In this document: piece after piece, positions 39,163 to 51,100 of the stretch | How the letters are laid out: each line of letters begins with the position of its first letter | Position numbering within the stretch: position 1 is the stretch's first letter | From: a virus | Taxonomy: Duplodnaviria > Heunggongvirae > Uroviricota > Caudoviricetes | Direction: 5' to 3' (one strand) | Length of the DNA stretch: 64,000 nucleotides | Virus record (IMG/VR): IMGVR_UViG_3300028886_000031 | Location: 64,001-128,000 of that record | The notes under the pieces: model-generated | Databases searched by the model: none | Seen by the model: the letters and a program-made list of their open reading frames with translations, nothing else | Told to the model about the DNA's origin: nothing | Position numbers and translations under genes: made by a program

Positions 39163-42100
39163 TTATTTTACAATGCCTACACTTTCAATCATTCTATATG
39201 TCTGATCTACATCGTAATTATTAATAACTGTTCCGCCATGTTGTGATCCACCGGATGTAATATTTTTAACTATGTTTATATTACTGCTATTAATTGCTTG
39301 AATAGATTTTTGTAATTGTTTTTCAATTTGTTCACTTGTTCCTTCTGTTGTTCTGGATTGTGAAACAGTAGACATGGATTCTGTGTTAAGTGCCATTATT
39401 CTAGGATTAACATTATAATTTGGAACAATTTCACCATTAATTATAGCAACGCCTTTTTGAATTCCATTTGAAACACTAGCACCAACATTACTAATAGCAT
39501 TTCCAGCAGTATTAAAAGTACTTTGAATTCCATTCATAATGGAATTTCTAGCATTATTTGTACTATTAACTATTCCTGTGATGCCATTAGATATAGAAGA
39601 TCCTGTTTTATTAATAATGTTAGATCCAGAATTTAACATATTACTAAAGAGTGACCCAAATGAACTAGATGTTGTAGATATAGCTTGTGATACTTTCGAT
39701 CCCATATCGTTATTTGCACCAGAAACGTTATTACTGCTATTAATTATCTGCATATGTTGATTATATATATCTTGTGCATATTTAGATAATATTTGATTAC
39801 GACTATTTGTGATCATCTTAGGAGTCCAATCTGGATGGTCCTTCTTTAATTTTTCGTCTAGTAACTTCTGATAGTCTCTTATTGAATATAATGATCTAGT
39901 TCCAGTTTTCTTAGCACTATATTTTGAAGCAATTGATTTCACATTTTCCTGGAGATATTTGAAATATTCTTGTTCATCTGATTGTGAAATTTGCGCTACG
40001 GATTTAGCACTACTTGAAAGTGAACTGCTGCTAGAATTAGAACTATTAGATTCTGAACTTGTAGATGCTTGTATATTTGATCTGAATTCAGATACAGCTA
40101 CATCACTATTAGGTGCTGTCTTCGATTCAGCATTAATACTTGTTATGTTAGAAGTAGAATTATTATTTGTAACTTCGTTTTTAACATTATTTGCTGTATT
40201 CGATACTGATGTGGATGAAGAAGAACTGCCCGTCATCTTAGCCATTTCTTTCTCATAGATTTCTCTTTCCTTCTCTAATGCACTTCTATCATTATTACCT
40301 CCGGCTAAATATGCTGTTCCTTTCTCCGTGAACATTAGTCTATTTGGACCGCCTTTATAACCAAGACTATCCAAAACTAACATCTCGAAATTGGAATTTA
40401 ATTTTCTAATTAAAATATCGGAGATTGTTCCGCGATTATATTCTGGGAATTGTAATAATAACTCTCTATTGTCATCTAAAAATTTCTTAGTAGCATTTTC
40501 TTTAGCTTCAAAATAATTTTGTGATGATTGATATTCTTTAAATGCTTCTGATGCTGACTCTTTTGCTAATTTACTTAATTCTCTAATTTTAGTTGCTGTA
40601 TTACCTTTGAACTTAGTTACTTTTGTTGATACATCTGTATAACCACCTTCAGCATATCTTTCTATTTCAAATTTAGATATTTCTGGATTTTTATATAGAT
40701 TATCTGTAATCGAAGATATAGAACTAGAATTACTACTAGAACTTATAAAATCGTATATATTATTAGATAAGCCACCTTCGGCAAATTGTGCAACATTATT
40801 TAGATTGTCAGCAACTAGAGAAGATATTGTATTTATAGCATTACTTGTGGAATTTGTAGATGTTGAGCCACCATTAGCAAAATAAGTTCTTGGTTTAAAT
40901 TCTTTCATGACGGCTTTATAACTATCTCCGTCAAATTTTAAATCATAAATTTGTGGAGAACCAGCAGCTTTTAATATTTCAAGATAGTTTTCATGAAATG
41001 ATGCTTTTCCAGTTCCTGTTGTTATATTATTTATGAATTCATAAGGATCTTTTCTACCCATTTTTATAGCTAAGTCGTATAATTGTTTTTTCATGAACAT
41101 TTTAGCTATATCATTTTCTATAGAAAATTTACCAGTATCACCACCAACGGAATCATCGTGATTAAAATCTCTACTTATGATATTTCTTAAAACATCTTCG
41201 TTAAATTCTTTTGACATGAGATAAAGTATTCTATCATTATCTCTCATATCATCAGCATTTAAACCATTTTCTTCAGCTATAGAATATCTTCTATCTCTAA
41301 GAACTTCATTTAAGAAATCTCTTGTAGGTAAATCACCACCATATTTTTCTTGTACAGCTTTTCTAACATATTCTGGATAATTATAAGATGACCAATTATG
41401 TGGAACAATTTCTGTAGATGATGTATTTAAAACATATCCTGGTGCTACAGGATGTAAAAATGCAGTAGCTGGATCTTGAGACTTTTTCCATTGTCTAATA
41501 CGATATTCTTCATCTAATTTAGCCATAAGTCTATTCGATGTTATACCAGCATTTTTTCTTCCGCCAACATTATATAAACAATAATAATATTTCTGTTCTA
41601 ATTCTGAATCGGAGAGTTTTTCAATATCTTTCTCTGTAAGACCATTATGTGTTTGATTTAATATCCAATCATTTGATTTCTTAGTTTGTGTAGATCTTGG
41701 ACTATTTTTTGTTAAAGAATTTTGTGTAATATTAGTCTTTGAATTATCAATGGAATTTGAAGATGAGGATACTAACTTTCCATTTCTTGTGTGTTCTTCA
41801 GAAATTGTTGTTACATCATAATTTATAAATGTTGGCTTGTTAGGATCTGGAAGGCCTTCTGTTAAACCTCCTTTAGCAAATTTCTTTGTATTTTTATCTT
41901 TCTTTTTTTCTGGACTATTAACTAGCAATCCACCAGCAGCTTCAATTACACCGACTTGGTTAGCCATAGCGTCAGCTATTCCTTTTTCTTGTTCATATCT
42001 CTTTTCATCCATTGGATTTCCATCGATATCTCTTGCTTCGGCTTCAGATCTCAATTCATCTGAAGCATTTGATGCCAATTCTGATAAAGGTGCTATTGGT

Positions 42101-45100
42101 TTATTTGCTGCTGTTTTCTCTTTCACTATTGGTGATTCTGCTACAGCTTTAGCCATACCTGCTGCTTCACCTACTGCTTGGGAAGAAGATTTATTATCTG
42201 TAGGAGGTGTCTTTGTACCTCCCATCTGATTTAATCTGGCCTTTAACTCTGCAGTTGATACATAAGGTTCATCCATGGAAACAGTTGCTTTATGGAACAA
42301 TGATCCTTTTTCATACTTTACTTGTGAAGCGAATTCTGGGTGAAGTTTTAAGAAATCCTCACCATAATGCCTCATATTCATCCCGTTAGTTGGTTCGAAA
42401 TATACAGAATCTTGAGTATAGTTAAAATCATTTGCTGAAGGAAGGTGTCTATCATAAGCATCCTGAAGAGTATAGAATTCTTCCAGTTCCTTCCACATGT
42501 TAGCGTATTTAGCTTTTATTTCTTGTTCTCTCTTTAACGCTTCCTGATATTCTTTGGATTCTTTGCCATATCTACCACCTACGTATGCTGTAGACTTTTG
42601 ACCACCATCACCTTCCATGATCTCTTTGAATTCAAGTTGATTTAAATCACGCCTTCTATCCTCTAAGAATCTTTCTGGATTTCTATAAATTCCTGGTCCA
42701 GACATTTTATAATCTGTAAAGAAAATATCTTTGAGACTGAAATTCGTTTTAAGACCTTTATATTTCTCTTTTAGTTCCTTAATTCTATCTAGCTTATAGT
42801 CTTCGTCATATCTTCCTTGAGCATACTGTAGATATTGATCACGAAATGCTGATAACTGCTTGCCTTTGTTTGTTTGTGCAAACTGTGTGAAAATGTCTTT
42901 TAAATCACTCTTGTATTTAAAACCTAACCCTACTTCATTCTTATCATGAGACCAAACATTTCCCTGGAATCTATCTAATAATAATGAAGTTTTTTCGTCT
43001 GTAGATTGCAGACCATTTAGTCCAGCTGTATATGATAAATTTTCTAAAGGTATTTTATATTTAGTCTTTAATGATTCTAATTCTTTGGTTTCTTCTGGTG
43101 ATAACTTTTCCTTTTTGGCAAGTTCTTCTAGCCTTTGAATATCCGTATATTTATCATATAATGCTTTTTCTTCTGGATGTTCTTCAAAATATTTAGAGTT
43201 CTTTTCTAATCCGTCTTTTATAAATTCTGATTTCTGTATATCCTGATCAGATAAGTGTGATTTTAACTTATATTGATTATCCTCTGCATACTTTCTAAAT
43301 CTGTCTTCTAATTTATGTATGCTCTTATGTACACCATTTTCTTTATCAGCAAATGGATCAGCTACTGGCTCTGGAATATTTGGCACTGATGATAATTTCA
43401 CTTCTGGTGGCTTTATGCCTATTAATTCTGGCTTTATTAATTTTGCTTCAACTTTTGGCTTAATTGATGCTGCTGTCTGAGTTACGCCGGCGGATTTTGG
43501 AAGTTTTTTAGGTAGTTCAGCATTTTCTGATAGACCAAGTTTCTTCTCTACTTCTCTTCTCTTCTTTATTAAAACAGTTGACCATATATCCTGTGCTTGT
43601 GCCTCGATATGTTCTCTAGCATCTTCGTCCATTATTCCATTAGCGTCTAATAATTGCTTAACATATTCCTCGTATTCTGCGGATCCTACTTTATTTCTTG
43701 TTATATGATCTTCTGTAATGAATTTATCAACATTCTTCTCTAATGCCGGATATATAACATTCTTTTTAATTAGGGAAATTTCTGTTCTATCTTTTCTTGA
43801 AAATGCCGTTTTCTTTCCAGCGTCAACAGACGGAGGTTTCGGAGTATCTGATTCATTCTCAGAAAATGGAAACTCTGGAGTAGGACGGCCCATATCCTCT
43901 ACTTCCGATCGTAACTGTTCAATTTCCCCAGCTTCAATTCTATTTTTTGGACCTTCTTTTTCACGTTTTTCTAATTCAGCTTTTTTCTGTTCATATACAG
44001 ATGGTGCTTCTCTGTCTGGTTCCTCTGCTTCGCTACCGTAATAAATGGATGCTTCCTCTTGAAGTTGTTTATCTTCATTTAAAGCACTAATTAATGGTTC
44101 CTTAGTAGTGTTCGACTGAAGGAATTCAGATACTTTTTCATCAAATTTCGGTCTCTTTATTTTACCATCTCTATAATCCTGAGAAAATTTTCTCAAATCG
44201 AAATTTTCATCTTCAAAAAGACTATGCACATATTGTGCTTCATCTCCATTGAATGTATATTCCAACTTCGAGAGTTCCTCAATAGTTTTTAGCTCTTCTT
44301 TTGTTAATTGACCGCCATTAGCTTTTTTTGTTCTAGCACGATTTAATGCTAATCTTTGTTCTGGATTCATTAAATCAATTACTGTACTTACAACAGTTCT
44401 ATTGTCATTTTTATCTCTTCCATATCTACTCAAAACATTAGCGTTGAGACTAGAGAAGAGTTCTCTGGAATCACCTGATATTGGCTTATCGCTTAAATAT
44501 TTTTTCCTGGCTCCTAGAATACCAGTTCCTTTTACAATATTTCCATCTTTATCTTTTTTACCTTCTAAGTACTCTAATTCTTTTTGGATTTGTTTAAGCC
44601 GTTCTGGTGAGCCATTCGGGTCACCATTTTCTGCGGAAGCCCTTAGAGAATTTTCTTCTTCTTTTAATCGTTCTATTTCTTGTGTCAATTCGTTTTCTAA
44701 TTCTTTATCTTCTACTTTGGAAGTTATATATTTACCAGCTCTAGAATGAAAATCTGTCCATTCAAAATCTGGCTCAAGTAGTCCAGAAATTGCATCTTTT
44801 GCTTTTACACCGAGATCTTTAGCAGCATCTAAACCTTTTTGACCCCATTGTTTTAATGGAAGATCTTGTAATGTGTCTACTAATTTATCTAATTTATCAG
44901 ACATCTCCTTTAGATACTTGTTGCCTTTTACTTCTTCTTTAGCAATTACATTTGTGGCATTAGCAGTAGTTTGCTCTGGAGAACTATTTTCCGATCCATC
45001 CCTCGGAGTAGTTCCTCCGCCAGTCTTAAACATTTCTAATTCTGAAGGTTTAAATCCAACATGCTTGAAGTTTTTGGCTACTTCTGTAGAAATTGCCTCT

Positions 45101-48100
45101 ATCGCATCTCTTCCTTCCTGATCATGTGGACCAAATGCGTTATAAGAACCTTCTGCATTAAGTTTTGCAGCAGTTGCTTCTGTGATTTTAGCAAGCATGT
45201 TTCCAGGTCTATATGTTGCTGGAAGATAAAAATGACTGCCTTTACCGAGAAGATTTGTAAATCTATATTCTGGTCCAGCCTCTCCCCAAATAGCATTATC
45301 TTCTGGTTCATATCTAGCTTGCTTAGAGAATTCTGTTGTAACACCTCCAGCAGCATTTTGAGATGGAGTAGGATTTGAAGGAGATACCTCAGAATTTTTT
45401 TCTGAACTTTGTTCTTCCTCCATATTAATGGAGTTTGGTTTTGTTGCTGCTATCTTATATATAGCTGGTAATAATGATGCTATCTGTTCTTTAGTTGCTC
45501 CAGACTCTTCTAATGCTCTCACCTGTTCTTCTACAGATCTCATAAAGATATTTCTATCATATACCATTGCTTCTTTAGAAAGGGTATATGTTTTTATATC
45601 TCTTAAAGTTTCATTAATACTTATAAGCTGTTCGTTGTTGGATTCTACAGCTATAGTATTATTAGCTAAAGCTTGCGTGTTTTCTGTTGAGGATTTAGCT
45701 GCATATTCTTCTAACTCTTTTTTAGCTGACTCTACATCTTCTTCTGTTGTCTGTTGTTTTGGAAATTTTGCAGCTTTATCTAATAAAAGTTTTTCTATGT
45801 CGGAAGTTAGTTTTTCTGGTGTTAATTCAGCGTTTTCAAATTTTTGAAGTGCCTTTATTCTTACAGTTTCTAATGCTTTAGATCTATTTTCTAATGGCAT
45901 ATTTAATGCTTCGATTAAATCATCTGATAGTTCATCATTGTCTAATACAGACTGAAATAAAATTCCACCAACAGAATCCATATGCTCTGGATTTTGTAGA
46001 TTAATTCCAAATGTCTCTTCTATATCTCTAGCAGATTGTATTATGTTGCTCAAATATCCGCCTCTAGTTTCGAGATCTAAACTTTCAAAACGTCCCTGTC
46101 CTTTTGCTTGTGGGTTAAAATGTCCTTCTAAAACATTATCTGTACCAAGTAATCTAAAAGTTGCTTTCTCTTTAAGCTTATATAGAGCACTATTTTTATC
46201 ATTTCCATTTTGTTGAAGTGCTAGTAAATATTTGCTAACTCTTTGTCTAGATGCTGTATTATTATCTGGAATTATAAAAGACTTAGATGCTTTAACATAA
46301 TCGGAGTTAGCAATTTGACCACTAGAAATAATATATTCCATATAGCGTCTAATAAGCATTGTTTGCGCGTATGCTATAACATATAATGGCATAGGCTGTT
46401 TAGTTCTGATAGTATCAGCTTCTTCTTTATTAAATTTCTGACGCCAGCCATTTTTACCTAATGTTCGTAAATAATTCAAATAATTTTCTTCAAAATATTC
46501 ATATAATACTCCATAGGTAGCAGTATATGTATCTATACAGTTTATATCATTATTTGTCCATATAGAACGCAGGCGTATAGTATACTGAGGACTCACTGCC
46601 TCCATTTGATTTACTAGAGTACTACCAGTATAATCATTAATACAATTAGCTTTAAATGTTTTAAATATAGCATTTTTGAATTGTGGATTTACTATATAAT
46701 TCTCGCCAAATTTTGGCCAGCGCTTACCCTGCAGAATATTATGTTCATCACATATTTTTTTAACAAGTTTATTAACTTTGTCGAATTGTGGACCTTGTGC
46801 ATCTCTTATATGATACATAAAATAATTAAAATTCGGAACCCAGTTATCTGGATTAAGAGAATTATTAAAAGATAATATTTCTGGGTATTCTTCTTTTATT
46901 TTTTTAGTAAATTCTTTATCCGAAAGTGCATCACTGATATACGCATTATGTATAGAGATATTCTCTGCTGACCTTATAAGATTTTCTTTTCTAAAGAATT
47001 TAGTATATTCCGTATTGATAGTTTGAATATTTAATTCCTTAAATCCTGCTGCTGTGTTAGATTCTATCTTACTTAGGAATTTGTCACTAGATATAGCTAT
47101 TCTGGCAACATTATAATGTGTATCTGTATTAGATGGAAGTGTTAATTCCTCTAGATTAGAGATATTTGGATTATCTTCATCATATGAAGTCAGACTTGCG
47201 TATTGTGTGAGTTTTCTTTGTTTGAGATATTCCTGTTGTTTTTTATTAAAAGATTTATATCTAGCAATTCTATTTCTATTTATTAACTCTCTTCTAGAGA
47301 TAAAATAATCTTTCTGTTCTGTTGGGATATCACTATGGCTTAAAAAATCCATATCATTATTATAGCTTGGATCGAATATTTCTGTTATCTCTTTATCTTC
47401 GTCTGTTCTTTCATCTATGTTTATTTGTGTACTTTTATTTTCTCTATTTAAAACCCAATTTTTATAAAATTGGGCAAACATATTCTGTACTTCTTTTGAA
47501 TCCCATTTTAGGGAAACGGCATTTGTTTTTTTCTCATAATCTTTTTTAGAAATTTTTGGATCATTTCCACCATTTATTTTGATAAGTAATGTTAATTGCT
47601 TTATTTTTGCTATAAGTTCTTTATATTCATCTAAAAATTCTTTATCTGATCTCCAAGAATAACTGGATATTTTATTAATAATTCCAACTTCTGATAAATA
47701 TGCTTTATAAACATTTGATAATTCTTTAATACATTCTAATTGTTCATTTTGTTTGTCTTTATATTTAATTAAGACTTTATCAAATTCTTTTACATGCTTT
47801 ATATTTTCACGTGTCCAGAAATTAACATCTAGAAACATTTTTCTTACGTTTTCACAATCGTTCTGTGCTTCTATTTTATCTTTAATTTTAAAGCAGGTTA
47901 CAATGGAATCTATAATAAATTGTGCGGCAGTTAATGCCGCAGTAATCAGTAAACTCGTACCAGCAGTTAGTGGTGCAGCATATAATGCTACTAATCCAGC
48001 GAGACTAATAAATGCTTGAGCTGATTTAGTTAAGCCATATCCGATATTCCCTTGTTTAAATTCATTATATGCTTGAACACCATACATTCCTCCTTCAAGT

Positions 48101-51100
48101 AGGCCTCCAGCGATTCCTAATATTTTTCCAGTTTTACCAACTCCTCTTACAACTTCCCCTTGTGCTGCAGTTCTAAAAGCAGTTGCTTCTAAATTAGTAG
48201 CTGCTGTTGGAACAGAACCCGGCCTCATTCTCATTAATGACCCTTCTGCAGTTAATGCAAGATTCCTATACATTAGAGGATGTCTATTTTTTAATATATC
48301 AAATATTTTTTGTAAATTTTTAATATTTGTGAAAGTCGTTCCGGAGGACCCAAGTTTTGCAAAATCCATATATTTTTTAGCTACAGAATATCCTCTTGCT
48401 GTATCTAAAAACATATTTGTAGCACCTTCGTATACATCATCTGCTGGAAGTTGTAAGGATACTTTATGTTCTCCAAGAATTGGATCATTTACAACATAAT
48501 CCATATTCTGTTCTAGATATTGCTGTAGTGGTCCAGCTCCTAAGAATTGGGATAATGAAATTAATGCTCCAGCTTTTGGATTCGCCATGAAATTATATAA
48601 TAAATTAGCACCTTGAGCAGACTTATGATAATCTCCTTTATTAGCATTTTGCCATATTTTATAAGATTCTATTAAAGGTGCTACCCATCCAGCTTTTCCA
48701 CTTTTTAAAACTCTTGGTAGAAATGCTGTTTCTAGTGTTTTTAATGGGTCATTTATCATGTTTTTCAAAACACTGCCTTCAAATGTATTTGGATTTTTCA
48801 AATTTGGCATTGCGTTGTCATTACTTGTCATTTTCTTAAATAATGCCCAAATTGCAGCTCCACCAGCAGCACTTAACAATGGATGATTCATCATAAATCC
48901 ACCGATACCTTTTAGTGTATCACCAATGGAACTCATTAATCCGCTGAAAAGCCCTCCTTCTTCCGACCCCTTTCCACCTGATCTGATTGATAAACTATCT
49001 GTATTGCTCACAACATTTTCTAGTAAGCTAATAACTTTTTCTTCGTGTTCTAGATGTTGTTGCTCTACAGTTACCTGTCCACTACTATCACCATTTAGAA
49101 CATCTTCAACATCTCCACCACCTTCTTTAACATCAGCAGCAGCTTCACTAGGTGATGTCACAACTCCGCCAGCTACACCTTTTCCTTCCAATATATCTTT
49201 AATATTTTGTAACGCAGCAAGTTGGTCTTTAAATACATTAAAGTTTTGTTGTGGGACTCCTTTGATTTTTGATCTTAAAGCACTTAAAATTAACTGGTTT
49301 GGTTGTACTATTGTAACTGGAATAATTGAATCACCAACTTTTTTGACTGTATTTTCTTTTCCAACTTCTAATCTTTTTTGTGCTTCATCATGTGCTTTTA
49401 CTAACTTAATTCCAGCTTGATGTTTCTTTTGTGGATCCTTTTCTGTTTCCCATTGTTTCTTGAGTTCCTCTAGTTCTTTATAATATGCATCATCATCTTT
49501 CTGAGCACTATTTGAAAGAAAATCTTTGAGATCAAATGTTTTTCCTTTTTCGAGAGTTTGATGTCCAGGTTTATACCATTTTCCAAAAAGACTATGACCA
49601 GTTCCAAGAAAACCTCCACCAAGTCCAGTAATCTCCGTAATGTGATCCATTAGACCACTTATACCATACTCATCTTCTGCAGCTTTAATACTCTGTCTAA
49701 GGTTTTTTGTAGCTTCTTTTAGAAATTTTTTTCTGTCTTTATCTGATAAATCTGGATGTGTATTAATTGTATTTAAATCTCTTAGGGATCTAGCAATGTC
49801 TGGATCTTTTAACACCTGATCATATTTGACATTATCTTCCCCTTTGAATTTCATTATCTTTTTTCTCTGTATCTTACCATAACCGGCATAGTCTACATCC
49901 GAGCCAAAGACAGCATCACGAAATTCGTTAACTCTATGATCATTATTTAAATGTTTATTTTCTCTCCTGTTTCCGGTAAGTGTATTATACCACTTAGCGG
50001 ACATTTGATCTTTCCAATCTTCATCATTAAAACCGAGGAAGAAAGAACCGAGATTTAATCCAGCTTTTCCAAGTTTTCCAAGAATTGGAATTTTTGCAAA
50101 GGATGAATCATCATAAGATTGTTTTAGTTTTCCAGCTGCTCTTTTTAGAACAGTTGTTGCCACACCTTCGTGACCAACATATTTTTGAGGTGCTCCACCG
50201 ACAGCTTTAATAATTTCATTTAATTGACGTCTAGAAAGATCAATTCCAATACGTTCCCATTCATAAATTTTAATTAAGGCATCTGTGATAGTCTCCATTG
50301 GATTTGGAGATCTTTTAATATCTTTAGCATATCTTCCAGAAAATAATAAATTGATACCAGTAAGATCTTTACCAAGATCCCATAGTGTGTGTAGTATACC
50401 ACCGCCTTTTGGAGCATTTGGATCTGTGAAATTCTGAGCAAACTCTTTTTGTGTTTTAATGAGTTCGCACAATAGTGCCGCTACATCAGCTGGATTATTC
50501 TGTCCAGTAGCAACTCTGCCCTGAATACTGCTCAAGGATCCAGGACTTCTACCGACACTCATTCCACCACTACCACCAGACCCATTATTTTGTTTTGGAG
50601 AACTTGCTAGAATTGTTCTTAATTCAGATACAGTTACTGGTCTATCACCCCTAGAAGCACCTTGTCCGTTCCTTCTATTTCCTTTCCCAGATAAACTATC
50701 TTCTAAACTATTAATACTTGTGATAATTTTACTTGTATTAGCGTTATCGTTTTGAATTTGCTTAGCTGTTCCAGAATTTATGGCTTGTAATTCTTGACCT
50801 TGAAGTTGGACTCCATTCTGTTCAATTTTCTCTAATCTATCTAGGTTAAGTCCTTTAGATCCATGACCATGAAAACTATTCATGACACTAGAAATAGATT
50901 TTTTTATCATGCCACTGAAGCTTATTCCAGCATTGTTCATTGCTTGCTGAATAGCAGCACCTATTGGTCCAACTGCTGCGTTAGCAACCATCTTTTTCAT
51001 TTCATTGGTATCTGGACCGAAATCTTGTTTGTTAGCTTGATAAATTCTATTGGCACCTCTTCCAACTGAAGCAATTCCAGATTTAACTATGGATCCAACG